Part shown: positions 53,751 to 64,000 of the stretch, piece after piece
Layout: every line of letters begins with the position of its first letter
Position numbering within the stretch: the first letter of the stretch is position 1
From: Nitrosopumilus sp.
Lineage (GTDB): Archaea; Thermoproteota; Nitrososphaeria; Nitrososphaerales; Nitrosopumilaceae
Direction of reading: 5' to 3'
DNA: 64,000 bases
Assembly (NCBI GenBank): GCA_965249555.1
Contig: OZ252243.1
Span: forward strand, 384,001-448,000
Made by a program: the position numbers and the translations under genes
The notes under the pieces: model-generated
What the model was told of the DNA's origin: nothing
The model's input: only the letters and a program-made list of their open reading frames with translations
The model's database searches: none

Positions 53751-56251
53751 AGTACAAAGTATTTTGCTTTTGGATGATGAATAACAATTGCTGCAGTTGA
53801 CTGTTCAGGAATAATCTGACCGGATTCAGTTAATGCCATTCCAGATTTTTCTGGTTGTAATAGTTTCCAAACTAAATGATGTTGCAATACGTCTGGACAG
53901 CTAGGAAATCCCCAGCTGTACCTGAGTCCACCTTGTTCAAGGTTCAGTTCAGATTTTATTTTTTGATTAATCCATTCTGCCAAGGCTTCTGCCACTTCAA
54001 CTGCCAACCCATGCAGATAGTAAGCATCAGTATACTTGTCTTCTTTATTCCATTGTTCTATTTTTTCTACTGCTTTGTTGCCTACAGTTACTGATTGAAA
54101 TGCGACAATATCGTCTTCACCAAAATAATCAGTCAGACAAAGGTGCTCTAGTTTTGTAGAACGTGGAAAATCAAATTCTACATCATCACCCATAGGATTT
54201 TCAACGACTAATTTTTCATCTTTATTGTGACATCTAAAGTATCCATAAACAATCTCAGGCTCAAAGAGTTTTTCTCTTATAATTCGAATCTTCCATTGGT
54301 TTAACAAATCTTCATGTTCTGCCTCTAATTCAGATCCTGCCTTTCCTCTAAGACCCCAAGACATCTTGAACAGAGATTTTTTGTCAATCATCTGCCAAAC
54401 TTCATCCATCTTAATTTGATCTGCCTTTAGACGAATTGGTTCTCCAATGCTTTTAGGAGTTGGAGCATTTACAGGTTTAATGTCACTCTTTGGAAGGTCA
54501 GTAGAATCTACTAAAGCCGTAGATTTTTCTTTCCAGTTTTCAATCTTGTCTTTCCATGTAGCTAAAAGTTTTGGCTTTTCATCTGAAACTAAGATATCCA
54601 TTGTTTTGAGTCCTTCAAACATTGTATTGCAGTAAAATACACCAGGTTCGTAAATTCCATCAAGTTTTGCAATTCTATTAATGTAGTTAGTGTTAATTGC
54701 AGCACCACCACAGAGAATTGGGAGTGTCATTTTATTTTTTCTTGCATGTTCTACAAAAAACTGCATCTGCTTTGATGTCGAAACCAACAATGCAGACAAA
54801 CCTATAGCATCAGGACTAACTTCATCAATTTTATCTAAGAATTTTTGTAATGGAACTTGTTTACCCAAATCATATACAGTATAACCATTATTTTGAAAGA
54901 TTGTCTTTACCAGATTCTTTCCAATATCATGCACATCACCATAAACTGTTCCTAAAACAAGTTTACCTTTACTTGCTCCTTCTTTTTTCAACAAATACTT
55001 TTCAAGTTCATCAACTGCTGCTTTCATACACTCAGCTGATTTGAGAACAAATGGCAAGATTAGTTCTCCTGCACCAAATTTGTCGCCAACCTCTTTCATT
55101 GCAGGAAGCAAATCTTCATTGAGTGTTCGAATTGCACCATCATGGGTAATTTCTTGAGGAGCATCCAGAGACAAAATTCCATCATTTTCTTTGATTAGTT
55201 CATTTTTACCTAGCTTTTCTGCAATTGCAGATACAACATCATTTTGAATTCCATTTTTGAGTCTATTTAAAATTCTAAAATAAGCACGCTTTCCAGGAGG
55301 CCAAGAAGGATCCACATCAACTTTTTGGACAGAAGCACCACTTTTGGAATCTGCTTTTTCAAAATAAGAGATTAATTCAGACAATGCATTTGGATGAGTG
55401 TTAAAAATTAAATCTTCAGTGAGTTTTCGTTCTTTCTCATCAATCTCCCCATAAGGAACAATCTCTTTAGCATTTACAATAACTGTATCAAGTCCAGACT
55501 TTAGTGCATGATATAGAAATACTGAATTAATAATTTTTCTTGGATATGGAGCAAGACCAAAACTAATGTTACTAAGACCCAAAGTAGTAAATGAATTTGG
55601 AAATTTTTCTTTAACAAGACGAATTCCTTCTAGAGTATTTTTTCCTGCATCAAGAAATTCATCTTCGCCGGTAGATAAAGTGAATGTAAGTACATCAAAA
55701 ATAAACTGTTCAATTTTTAATCCATATTTTTTTCCAGTTTCATAAAGAAGTTCAGCAGTATCTACCTTTTGTTGTGGAGTTTTGGCCATACCATTTGGTC
55801 CAATGCATAATGCGATAGAAGGCAATCCATACTTTGCCATTAATGGAGCTAATTTTTCAAATCTACTACCATCTCCTTCAAGATTAATTGAATTAATTAT
55901 TGGCCTTCCAGGAATTTGCTTTATTGATGCTTCAATTACTTCAGGATCAGTTGAATCAAGTACAAGAGGTGCATCAATTTCTAAGCTCAATCGTTTTACA
56001 AGATTTAACATAAACTCTCGCTCATCAGAACGTTCAGTAGTTGCAACACAGACATCAAGGCAATGAGCGCCATCTTCAACCTGAACTCTTGCCAAGTCAA
56101 CTAGACCATCATAATCATCAGCAAGAACTAGCTTCTTTGCTTTACGAGAACCCTGTGTGTTAATTCTTTCTCCAATGATTAGAGGAGTTGGAATTTGTTT
56201 TAGATCAACTGCTTTTAGTGCAGAACTCACTCTAGGAATAGTCAATATCAT
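53747..56251 (-). CDS. metH: B12-dependent methionine synthase, pterin/cobalamin/activation domains
   Basis: IGERIN, GDVHDIGKN, GLSALL, RYSWGFPSCP, PEQST. Confidence 0.93.
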   Translation of the reverse strand: MILTIPRVSSALKAVDLKQIPTPLIIGERINTQGSRKAKKLVLADDYDGLVDLARVQVEDGAHCLDVCVATTERSDEREFMLNLVKRLSLEIDAPLVLDSTDPEVIEASIKQIPGRPIINSINLEGDGSRFEKLAPLMAKYGLPSIALCIGPNGMAKTPQQKVDTAELLYETGKKYGLKIEQFIFDVLTFTLSTGEDEFLDAGKNTLEGIRLVKEKFPNSFTTLGLSNISFGLAPYPRKIINSVFLYHALKSGLDTVIVNAKEIVPYGEIDEKERKLTEDLIFNTHPNALSELISYFEKADSKSGASVQKVDVDPSWPPGKRAYFRILNRLKNGIQNDVVSAIAEKLGKNELIKENDGILSLDAPQEITHDGAIRTLNEDLLPAMKEVGDKFGAGELILPFVLKSAECMKAAVDELEKYLLKKEGASKGKLVLGTVYGDVHDIGKNLVKTIFQNNGYTVYDLGKQVPLQKFLDKIDEVSPDAIGLSALLVSTSKQMQFFVEHARKNKMTLPILCGGAAINTNYINRIAKLDGIYEPGVFYCNTMFEGLKTMDILVSDEKPKLLATWKDKIENWKEKSTALVDSTDLPKSDIKPVNAPTPKSIGEPIRLKADQIKMDEVWQMIDKKSLFKMSWGLRGKAGSELEAEHEDLLNQWKIRIIREKLFEPEIVYGYFRCHNKDEKLVVENPMGDDVEFDFPRSTKLEHLCLTDYFGEDDIVAFQSVTVGNKAVEKIEQWNKEDKYTDAYYLHGLAVEVAEALAEWINQKIKSELNLEQGGLRYSWGFPSCPDVLQHHLVWKLLQPEKSGMALTESGQIIPEQSTAAIVIHHPKAKYFVL

Positions 56252-56277
56252 AAAATCATCTCAGTTTTTCTAAATAC

Positions 56278-57264
56278 TTAACCCTTGAGAGAATTGGCTT
56301 TTTCGTCAATTACTTTTCTTAGTGCCTTGATGTGTTCAGGATTCGTTCCACAGCAACCTCCAATGATTCGTACCTTTTTGTATTGATCAAGAAAATCACC
56401 TAGTGCATCACCCATCTTTTCTGGAGTCATCTTGTAAACTGCTTTTCCTCCTTGATTTTCAGGCATTCCAGCATTTGGAACCACCAAGAGATTATGTTCA
56501 TTTTGCTCATCAAGCCACCTTATACTTGGATTCATCTCAATTGGTCCAGTTGAGCAATTCAATCCAAACACATCAATTCCCATATCAGAAACAGTGGTAT
56601 ATGCAGCTTGGATATTTGTTCCAAGTAACATCTTTCCATATTGATCCAAAGTAGTATTAGAAATGATTGGAACTTTCTTTCCAGTCTTTTCTATGGCATT
56701 GTGACATGCCTCAATGACTAATTTCACTTCCAAGATATCCTGACTTGTTTCAATGAGTAAAGCATCAACACCTCCAAGAATCAGTCCTTCTGCTTGCAGC
56801 TCAAATGCTTCTTGGATTTCATCAAGGGATTTTTGTCCCAAGTCAGGATCAGTTGAACTAGGAAGAAAACCCGTTGGGCCCATAGAGCCAATTACATATC
56901 TTGGTGGTTCAGGATATTCTTCACAAACTTCAGATGCTAGTTGTGCAATTTTTTTATTAAAATCAACTGTTTGATCACCAAAACCATATTCATCTAGTTT
57001 AATTTTATTCGAACCAAAAGAATTTGTTTCAATACAATCAGCTCCGGCATCCAAATAATTTTTGTGAATTTCTTTAATCCATTCTGGATGCGTTACCACT
57101 AACCCATCATTAAAACCATCTTGATTGTTTGGAAAGTCTTCTGGTTTTGGATCATACTTTTGAATCTCAGTTCCCATTGCACCATCAAAAAGTAAAATTC
57201 TATTTTGTAATGCATCTAAAAATGATTCTTTTTCTGTCAACTTAATTTCAAAATGTTTTAGCAC
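56278..57264 (-). CDS. Methionine synthase homocysteine-binding domain (split MetH)
   Basis: DGAMGT, AGAD, GLNCSTGP, PNAG, GGCCGT. Confidence 0.92.
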   Translation of the reverse strand: MLKHFEIKLTEKESFLDALQNRILLFDGAMGTEIQKYDPKPEDFPNNQDGFNDGLVVTHPEWIKEIHKNYLDAGADCIETNSFGSNKIKLDEYGFGDQTVDFNKKIAQLASEVCEEYPEPPRYVIGSMGPTGFLPSSTDPDLGQKSLDEIQEAFELQAEGLILGGVDALLIETSQDILEVKLVIEACHNAIEKTGKKVPIISNTTLDQYGKMLLGTNIQAAYTTVSDMGIDVFGLNCSTGPIEMNPSIRWLDEQNEHNLLVVPNAGMPENQGGKAVYKMTPEKMGDALGDFLDQYKKVRIIGGCCGTNPEHIKALRKVIDEKANSLKG

Positions 57265-57305
57265 AGTTTAACTCTTTTCAGAAAAATCCACAAACATTGA
57301 GGTGA

Positions 57306-58454
57306 TTGATACGTATGTTGAAATTAGGTAAAAGAGGAATCACATGTACATTTATGCAAAATTTTCAAGTAAACAATCGAATTCGTAGTGCAACCTTTTT
57401 TCAGCATGCTGGAATATCCATTGTCTTTGTATTCATGCCCATTATTGCAAAAGGTGTTACAGATTCCATATTTGAGATTGGACTTGTTGTAGCCTCATTT
57501 AGCTTTGCTCAGATTTTATCTGAAATCTATTTTGGCAGACATTCAGACAAGAAGGGAACTAGGCTCAAATTCATCAGAATTGGCTTCATTGGGTGTGCTG
57601 CAGCCTTTGGATTGCATTATTTTGCAGATGACATTACTCTGTTATTTCTGGCAAGAATAGGAGCAGGAATTGCAAGTGGGATTATGATTCCTGCAATGAT
57701 TGCTTATGCATATGAGATTAATGTTGAGAAAAAGAGAGCAGCAACAATAATTTCATTTCACGCATTAGGATGGCTTGCAGGAATTGCAGCCGCAGGATTT
57801 GCAAATGATCTAAAATTAATTTTCTTAATTAGTGCAGCTTCATTTGTAGTTGCTTTAATGTTTACAATCAAGTTACCAAACATATCACAGGAAAAAGAGC
57901 TAGAACCAGGAACCACAAGAAAAATTATTGCAAAAAACAAGTTTCTGTTCTTGTCATTGTTACTAAGACACATTGGTGCAGCAGCTGTATGGACTATTCT
58001 TCCGTTAATGTTAATAGAAAAATTGGGTGCAGAACTTTATCAAATATCAATTATCTATGTTGCAAATACATTGACAGCATTTGTTTTGATGAACTTGATG
58101 GCGAGTAGAATTAACATCTCAAATGTAACTAAATTTAAAATCGGAATTGGTTGTACCGTATTTGTATTTGTAGGACTAGCAGTAATTACAGATTGGTGGA
58201 TGGCAATGCCGTTTATGGCATTGGTTGGCGCAACTTGGGCATTTTTGTTCATTGGAGGAAACTTTCACTTAATGGAGAACAACCCGCGTTCTACATCAAC
58301 TGGAATCTTTAGCTCCACACTATCAATTGCAACAGTGATTGGTCCTGTAATTGCAGGAAGTATCGCATTTGCATTTGATTATATTACAGTCATGTATTTT
58401 GCAATTGCAATTATTGTGGTTGCTTTTGTAGTATCACTAAAAATCAGAATCTAA
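57306..58454 (+). CDS. MFS transporter
   Basis: About 12 hydrophobic segments, GRHSDKKG motif A; start probably further downstream. Confidence 0.88.
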   Translation: MIRMLKLGKRGITCTFMQNFQVNNRIRSATFFQHAGISIVFVFMPIIAKGVTDSIFEIGLVVASFSFAQILSEIYFGRHSDKKGTRLKFIRIGFIGCAAAFGLHYFADDITLLFLARIGAGIASGIMIPAMIAYAYEINVEKKRAATIISFHALGWLAGIAAAGFANDLKLIFLISAASFVVALMFTIKLPNISQEKELEPGTTRKIIAKNKFLFLSLLLRHIGAAAVWTILPLMLIEKLGAELYQISIIYVANTLTAFVLMNLMASRINISNVTKFKIGIGCTVFVFVGLAVITDWWMAMPFMALVGATWAFLFIGGNFHLMENNPRSTSTGIFSSTLSIATVIGPVIAGSIAFAFDYITVMYFAIAIIVVAFVVSLKIRI

Positions 58455-58456
58455 AG

Positions 58457-59224
58457 TTATTGTAATCCCCATCTGGACATTACTTTGTTTTCTAGTTTTT
58501 TGAATACAATACTATCAATTAGAAGGCCAATTATCATTATCACAATCATTATTGAAATGACTTGAGAGACATCATTTAGGGAACGCCCTGCATTAAGTAG
58601 GAATCCTAGTCCTAGGTAAGAAAATAACAGTTCAGCGCCAATCGCGCCCCTCCATGCAAATGCCCAACCCTGTTTAAAGCCGGAAATCATGTATGGAAAT
58701 GCTGCAGGAATCAATACAGCTGTGATTAGCTGACTTCCCTTTGCACCCATATTTCTTGCAGCCTCGATATAGTGAGGATCAATATTTTTGACTCCAGTGT
58801 AGGTGTTTATCGTAATTGCAAAGATTGCTCCAATTGCAGTAACAAAAATAATTCCACCATCTGTTAGTCCAAACCAAAGAATTGCAAGTGGAACCCATGC
58901 AATTGAAGGAATTGATTGCAGTCCCAAAACTAAAGAGCCAACAGTTTGGTTGATTACCTCAACTCTAGCCATAAAAATTCCCAAGACAACCCCTCCACTA
59001 ATTGCAATTGCCAATCCAATTGCTAATCTCCACATACTTGCTGCAATTCCATAAAACAAGCTACCATCTGCTGCACCATATGCCAAGTCTTCAGCTACTT
59101 CATATGGGGTTGGAAAAATATTATCAGGCCAGACTCCAGCCATTGAAATAATTTGCCAAATTACAATAATCCCAACGTAAAATACAATTCTGTGAGGTGT
59201 AAAATTTTTCCCCATCATAATCAC
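58457..59224 (-). CDS. ABC transporter permease (SsuC/NitT family)
   Basis: IPSIAWVPL, EAARNMGA loop. Confidence 0.9.
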   Translation of the reverse strand: MIMMGKNFTPHRIVFYVGIIVIWQIISMAGVWPDNIFPTPYEVAEDLAYGAADGSLFYGIAASMWRLAIGLAIAISGGVVLGIFMARVEVINQTVGSLVLGLQSIPSIAWVPLAILWFGLTDGGIIFVTAIGAIFAITINTYTGVKNIDPHYIEAARNMGAKGSQLITAVLIPAAFPYMISGFKQGWAFAWRGAIGAELLFSYLGLGFLLNAGRSLNDVSQVISIMIVIMIIGLLIDSIVFKKLENKVMSRWGLQ

Positions 59225-59985
59225 TGTTTGTTTTTCTTTACCTCAGGTCTGAGTTCTGCTAAGATGTCTTGTTGTAGTTTTAGTAATGATTTATCTTCAG
59301 TAACTCTAGGTCGTGGAAAATTATTTTCAAATTCTTTTTTGATTGTTGATGGACGATTACTAAAAACAGCTATTTTATTTCCAAGAACTGTAGCTTCTGA
59401 AACGTTATGAGTTACAAACAAAATTGTCTTCTTTGTCTTTTCCCAAATTAGCTGCATCTCAACTAACAGTAAATCACGAGTTTGTGCATCAAGTGCTGCA
59501 AATGGCTCATCCATTAGCAACACATCAGGATCCATTACAAGTGCTCTGGCAATAGCTACACGCTGTTTCATTCCAGTTGAAAGTTGGTAAGTGTAAGAAT
59601 TTGCAAATTTTGTTAGTTGCATCATATCCAGATATCTATTTGATATCTTTGCTCTCTCCTCCTTTGGAATTCCTGCCATCTTTAATCCAAATTCTACATT
59701 GTCTTGAACTGTGAGCCACGGAAATAGTGCACCTTCCTGAAATACCATAATTCTCTCAGGACTAGTCTCAATAACTGGATGCCCATCAAACATAATTTCT
59801 CCAGCATCTGGTTTCTCCAAGCCTGCAATTATGCGTAAAAATGTAGATTTCCCACAACCAGATGGGCCAACCAAACATACAAAGTCACCAGCCTCAACTT
59901 TTAGGTTAATGCCACCAAGTGCTTCAAGCTTATGAGAGTCATGGCTAAAGTACTTTACAATATTTTTTGCCTCTAACTTTGTCAT
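59221..59985 (-). CDS. ABC transporter ATP-binding protein (SsuB/NitT family)
   Basis: GPSGCGKST, LSTGMKQR, LLMDEPF. Confidence 0.93.
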   Translation of the reverse strand: MTKLEAKNIVKYFSHDSHKLEALGGINLKVEAGDFVCLVGPSGCGKSTFLRIIAGLEKPDAGEIMFDGHPVIETSPERIMVFQEGALFPWLTVQDNVEFGLKMAGIPKEERAKISNRYLDMMQLTKFANSYTYQLSTGMKQRVAIARALVMDPDVLLMDEPFAALDAQTRDLLLVEMQLIWEKTKKTILFVTHNVSEATVLGNKIAVFSNRPSTIKKEFENNFPRPRVTEDKSLLKLQQDILAELRPEVKKNKQ

Positions 59986-61008
59986 CTACAATTCTTCCTC
60001 CTCTAAGGAATTTATATCAAAGTAGGGGAAAATTCCAGACAGATCATATCCATTTCTTCCCAAATATCCTAGTGCATCAGCTCTTTCAGCAAAGGAAAAA
60101 ACAGAATTGGGTAATGGATCTGCAGTAATTACAATATTAGATAATGCAATATCTACAACATCATCAGACAAGGACTGTCCTAGATAAGAATTCAAAAAAT
60201 CATTAAAGACAATTCTAGTTTCAATTGGATGCTCAGCAATCCAGATGGTTGTTTCGTGATGAGAAGTTAAAAAAGGAATCATAAATTTTTTGTTATTTTC
60301 AAAATAATCCATATTTCCAATTAAAAGAACAGACGCAAATTCATTGTCTGGCCAGAGTTCTTCTTCATGGAATAATCGTTTTCCACCAAGTTCAGTTTCT
60401 AAAATTGTAGCCCAAGGTTCTGCAACCCATGCACCATCAATATCTCCTTTTACAAATAGTGTATAAATGTCAGGATTTGAAATATTGTAAACAATTACAG
60501 AGCCACCTTTTTCAGCTGGCTTTAATCCATTTTCAGAAAGATAATGACGTAGTGATACATCTTGTGTGTTGCCAATTTGGGGAGTGGCAATTTTTTTTCC
60601 TGCAAAGTCTGAAGCATAATTTATTTCAGAGTTTGGATGAACAACAAAGCTAGCACCACCACTTGCAGCACCGCCAAGAATCTTTATGTTATGATTCTCT
60701 GAATTCAAATATCCATTAATTGCAGGGCCTGGTCCAACATATGCAACATCAATAGAATTGGCAAACAAAGCTTCTATTGCTTGCGGTCCACTATCAAAAA
60801 CTCTGGTTTCAATTTTTACTTGATCTCCAACGCTTTCTTCAAAGAATCCCTTTTCTATTCCTACAATTGGAATGACATGGCCAATGTTTGGAAAATATCC
60901 AATACGAATCTTATTTTCATGCATAGTATCACTAGAAAGAGCAATTCCCAATACAGATAGTAACACAATTCCTGCAATGCCTGCAGAAATTGCTGATCGA
61001 GTTTTCAT
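59986..61008 (-). CDS. ABC substrate-binding protein (aliphatic sulfonate/nitrate family)
   Basis: RIGYFPNIGH, FDSGP, YVGPGP, GNTQDV, AEPW. Confidence 0.88.
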   Translation of the reverse strand: MKTRSAISAGIAGIVLLSVLGIALSSDTMHENKIRIGYFPNIGHVIPIVGIEKGFFEESVGDQVKIETRVFDSGPQAIEALFANSIDVAYVGPGPAINGYLNSENHNIKILGGAASGGASFVVHPNSEINYASDFAGKKIATPQIGNTQDVSLRHYLSENGLKPAEKGGSVIVYNISNPDIYTLFVKGDIDGAWVAEPWATILETELGGKRLFHEEELWPDNEFASVLLIGNMDYFENNKKFMIPFLTSHHETTIWIAEHPIETRIVFNDFLNSYLGQSLSDDVVDIALSNIVITADPLPNSVFSFAERADALGYLGRNGYDLSGIFPYFDINSLEEEEL

Positions 61009-61141
61009 AAAACAGCGTTATATTTGGCGGTTAAATAATCATCGAATTTTAGCTCAAGCTAGGCTGAAATTTTTTTTTAGAAAATTAGATTGCAGCCTAA
61101 CACAAAAGATAAATTCCAAATTACGACGAGAAAGATGTTTC

Positions 61142-62341
61142 ATGACTCAAAAAGGAATTCTTGCATTCTCTGGAGGACTAGACACTTCAGTTGTTGTAAA
61201 ATATCTACAAGAAGAACACGACATGGATGTCATTACAGTGACAGTAGATGTTGGACAAGGTGATGATAGTAAAAAAATTGCAGCTAAAGCAAAAAAACTT
61301 GGTGTAAAAAAACATTACAACATAGATGCACGAAAAGAATTTGTCAAAGATTACATTTTTCCATCAATTAAAGCCAATGCACTTTATCAGAAAAAATATT
61401 GTCTTGCAACAGCACTTGCAAGACCACTAATTGCAGAAAAAGTTTTAGAGATTGCAAAAAAAGAAAAAGTAACATCACTAGCACATGGATGCTCAGGTAA
61501 AGGAAATGATCAAGTACGATTTGACATTACATTACAATCAGGTTCCAACCTACCAATCATTGCTCCAATTCGAGACAAAAACTTGGATAGGGATACTGAA
61601 CTAAAGTTTGCAAAAAAACATGGAATTGAAATTGATGCTGTAGCAAAAAAATTCAGTATTGATCAAAACTTGTGGGGACGTGCAATTGAAGGAGGAGTAC
61701 TAGAAGATCCATACAACGAACCACCTGATGATGCATTCATTTGGGTTAAAACAAAAAACTTGCCAGACAAGCCAACGTATTTGGAAATTAAATTTGAAAA
61801 AGGAATTCCAGTTAAAGTTGATGACAAAGTAATGGATTCTCAAAAACTAATTGAATACATCAACAGAAAAGCAGGTGCCGCAGGTGTCGGCATAGTTGAT
61901 CATATTGAAGACAGAGTTGTTGGGATCAAATCACGTGAAGTATATGAAACTCCTGCAGCTACTTGTTTGATTGAAGCGCATGCAGATTTAGAAAAGATGG
62001 TTCATACTAAACATGAAAACAAGTTCAAATCTCTAATAGATGATGAATGGGCATATTTGGTATATTCAGGACTTTGGCAAGACCCTCTAAAAACAGACTT
62101 GGATGGGTTTATCGAGGCATCACAAAATCCAGTATCTGGAAGCGTGAAACTAAAGTTGTACAAAGGAAGCTTGAGGGTAGTTGGAAGAAAATCTAAGAAT
62201 TCATTGTACAATCATGGCATTGCCACTTATGGCTCAGAATCAACATTTGATCAAAGATTAGCCAAAGGATTTGTAGAATTATGGGGAATGCAGACAACAG
62301 AAGCTAATAAATTACAAAAGAAAAGGTCAAAAAAAATATGA
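61142..62341 (+). CDS. argG: Argininosuccinate synthase
   Basis: LAFSGGLDTS, HGCSGKGNDQVRF, SIDQNLWG, KSREVYE; start ATG 61142. Confidence 0.96.
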   Translation: MTQKGILAFSGGLDTSVVVKYLQEEHDMDVITVTVDVGQGDDSKKIAAKAKKLGVKKHYNIDARKEFVKDYIFPSIKANALYQKKYCLATALARPLIAEKVLEIAKKEKVTSLAHGCSGKGNDQVRFDITLQSGSNLPIIAPIRDKNLDRDTELKFAKKHGIEIDAVAKKFSIDQNLWGRAIEGGVLEDPYNEPPDDAFIWVKTKNLPDKPTYLEIKFEKGIPVKVDDKVMDSQKLIEYINRKAGAAGVGIVDHIEDRVVGIKSREVYETPAATCLIEAHADLEKMVHTKHENKFKSLIDDEWAYLVYSGLWQDPLKTDLDGFIEASQNPVSGSVKLKLYKGSLRVVGRKSKNSLYNHGIATYGSESTFDQRLAKGFVELWGMQTTEANKLQKKRSKKI

Positions 62342-62505
62342 ACTGCCCAGAATGTGATGCAACATTAAACATTCCAGACGATGCCTCAGTTGGAGAAATA
62401 ATCTCCTGTCCTGATTGCGGCGCTGACTTTGAAATCGCAAAAAAAGACGGATCAAATGTAGAGCTAAAGCAAGCAGAAACCGTAGGCGAAGACTGGGGAG
62501 AGTAA
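62338..62505 (+). CDS. lysW: LysW amino-group carrier protein
   Basis: Not in track (55 aa): MNCPEC...CPDCG...EDWGE C-terminus. Confidence 0.95.
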   Translation: MNCPECDATLNIPDDASVGEIISCPDCGADFEIAKKDGSNVELKQAETVGEDWGE

Positions 62506-63362
62506 TGTCAAAAGTATGTATTGTGTTTGACCGTCTGAGAACAGAAGAAAAAATGCTTCAAAAAGAAGCAGTAGAACTTGGACACGATGCAGTGATGCTA
62601 GATGCAAAGATTACTCAAATTAACACAGATAGTAAAGAAGAAGACTATGATTTTGGGAATGTTGTTTTAGAAAGATGTGTAAGTTATTTTAGAGGACTTC
62701 ACTTTACTGCTAGTTTAGAATTTATGGACATTCCAGTTCTAAACAAGTTTGATGTTGCAAGCATTTGTGGAAACAAGATGTTCATGACTTTGCTTTTAAA
62801 AAAAAATAATGTTCCAACACCAAAAACATACTTTTCATTTTCAGGTAAAAGTGCAGCAGAAAATTTAGAAAAAGTTGGATACCCTCTAGTGATCAAACCA
62901 GTGATAGGAAGTTGGGGTAGAGGAGTAATGCCAATCAAAGATAAAGATGCAATGGAGGCAGTTTTGGAAATAAGAGAAGTCACAGATGGTCCACATGATA
63001 GAATTTACTACTTGCAGGAATTAATTAAAAGACCGCCAAGAGACATCAGAATAATCACTATAGGAGATGAGCCAATTGCAGCTATGTACAGAAAATCATC
63101 AGGTGAATTTAAGACAAACATAGCACTGGGAGCAGATCCAGAACTTTGTGAGATCACAAAAGAGATGGAGGATATGGCAGTAAAAGCATCAAAGGCTATG
63201 GGTGGCGGAATTTTAGGAATAGACATGATGGAAGACGAGGAACGAGGCCTAGTTGTACACGAAGTCAACAATACAGTGGAATTCAAAGGATTGTCAAGAG
63301 TTGCACAACGAAACATTCCAAAAGAAATGATAGAATTTGCTCTAAACTACGTTAGGAAATAA
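62505..63362 (+). CDS. lysX: LysX/ArgX ATP-grasp ligase
   Basis: KPVIGSWGRG, YLQE, RDIR, HEVNNTVEF; follows lysW. Confidence 0.92.
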   Translation: MSKVCIVFDRLRTEEKMLQKEAVELGHDAVMLDAKITQINTDSKEEDYDFGNVVLERCVSYFRGLHFTASLEFMDIPVLNKFDVASICGNKMFMTLLLKKNNVPTPKTYFSFSGKSAAENLEKVGYPLVIKPVIGSWGRGVMPIKDKDAMEAVLEIREVTDGPHDRIYYLQELIKRPPRDIRIITIGDEPIAAMYRKSSGEFKTNIALGADPELCEITKEMEDMAVKASKAMGGGILGIDMMEDEERGLVVHEVNNTVEFKGLSRVAQRNIPKEMIEFALNYVRK

Positions 63363-63390
63363 ATTATACTCCATAACGAGGAGATTTATC

Positions 63391-64000
63391 ATGAAAGTAG
63401 GTATTGTAGGAGCATCAGGATATGTAGGTGGAGAAACACTTCGTCTTCTTGTTAATCATCCAGATGTTGAGATAGCCATGGTGACATCAAGGCAACATGT
63501 TGGCGAATATCTACACAGAGTGCAACCAAGTTTGAAAGGGTTTACAGATCTTACTTTCTCAGAATTAGATTATGATAAATTAACTGACAAATGTGATCTA
63601 GTGTTCACTGCGGTTCCACATGGTAAAGCAACTGAAATTGTAAAGGCACTATATGATAGAGGTATCAAAATAATTGATTTGAGTGCGGATTACAGATTAC
63701 ATGATCAAGAAGCTTATGACAAATGGTACGGATGGGAGCATCCACATCCAGATTATTTAGAAAAATCAGTTTTTGGGATTCCTGAATTACACAGAGAGGA
63801 GATCAAAAAATCACAACTTGTGTCTTGTCCAGGATGTATGGCAGTTACATCAATATTAGCACTGGCTCCGTTAATTCGAAATGACATTATTGATACAGAA
63901 CATATCATTGTAGATTCAAAGATTGGATCTTCTGGTGCAGGTTCTGGTTCTGGAACTGCACATGCAATGAGGGCAGGAGTGATCAGACCATACAAACCAG
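63391..64000 (+). CDS. argC: N-acetyl-gamma-glutamyl-phosphate reductase / LysY (partial, runs off window)
   Basis: MKVGIVGASGYVGGE...HP, AVPHG, IDLSADYR, PGC, GSSGAG by hand translation. Confidence 0.92.
   Translation, partial: MKVGIVGASGYVGGETLRLLVNHPDVEIAMVTSRQHVGEYLHRVQPSLKGFTDLTFSELDYDKLTDKCDLVFTAVPHGKATEIVKALYDRGIKIIDLSADYRLHDQEAYDKWYGWEHPHPDYLEKSVFGIPELHREEIKKSQLVSCPGCMAVTSILALAPLIRNDIIDTEHIIVDSKIGSSGAGSGSGTAHAMRAGVIRPYKP

Noticed and set aside
53747-57264. Split metH as a pseudogene
   Set aside because: Both parts are intact ORFs split at a domain boundary, a known natural arrangement.
60872-61141. N-terminal extension of ArgG in the ORF track
   Set aside because: Overlaps the divergent SBP gene and promoter; homology begins at ATG 61142.

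Overview
AT-rich archaeal chromosome segment. The gene content points to an ammonia-oxidising Nitrosopumilaceae (Thaumarchaeota): thaumarchaeal-type nirK, divergent ftsZ, rpoE1/spt4, rpl15e/31e/39e, lysW-lysX, split metH and cupredoxins. Core blocks (dpck-mrp-rpoE1-spt4-nadC/A/X, nurA-herA-mre11-rad50, serA-like/nirK/fumarase/MiaB-like/ftsZ, ribosomal proteins, methionine synthesis, ABC transporter, arg/lys genes) are interrupted by three accessory islands. (1) About 1-17.4 kb is a defence island: type I R-M with an extra half-hsdS sharing a ~134-bp direct repeat, PD-(D/E)xK nucleases, a PIN + DUF1998-helicase operon facing a divergent RHH-like 419-aa gene across tandem palindromic operators, GmrSD, and a RelE pair with an unusually long partner. 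(2) About 32.9-36.4 kb is a decayed tyrosine-integrase element with an hsdM stub and an intact two-gene cassette (P-loop kinase/NDT-glycosidase fusion plus a SocA/Panacea/DarG-C-like protein). (3) About 44.95-51.7 kb holds an IS1595 remnant and a type III R-M with a divergent wHTH and operator. The best candidates for undescribed systems are the regulator/PIN/helicase module and the kinase-NDT/antitoxin cassette. No tRNA, rRNA or CRISPR array was seen. All protein assignments come from motif recognition by eye, not database searches.
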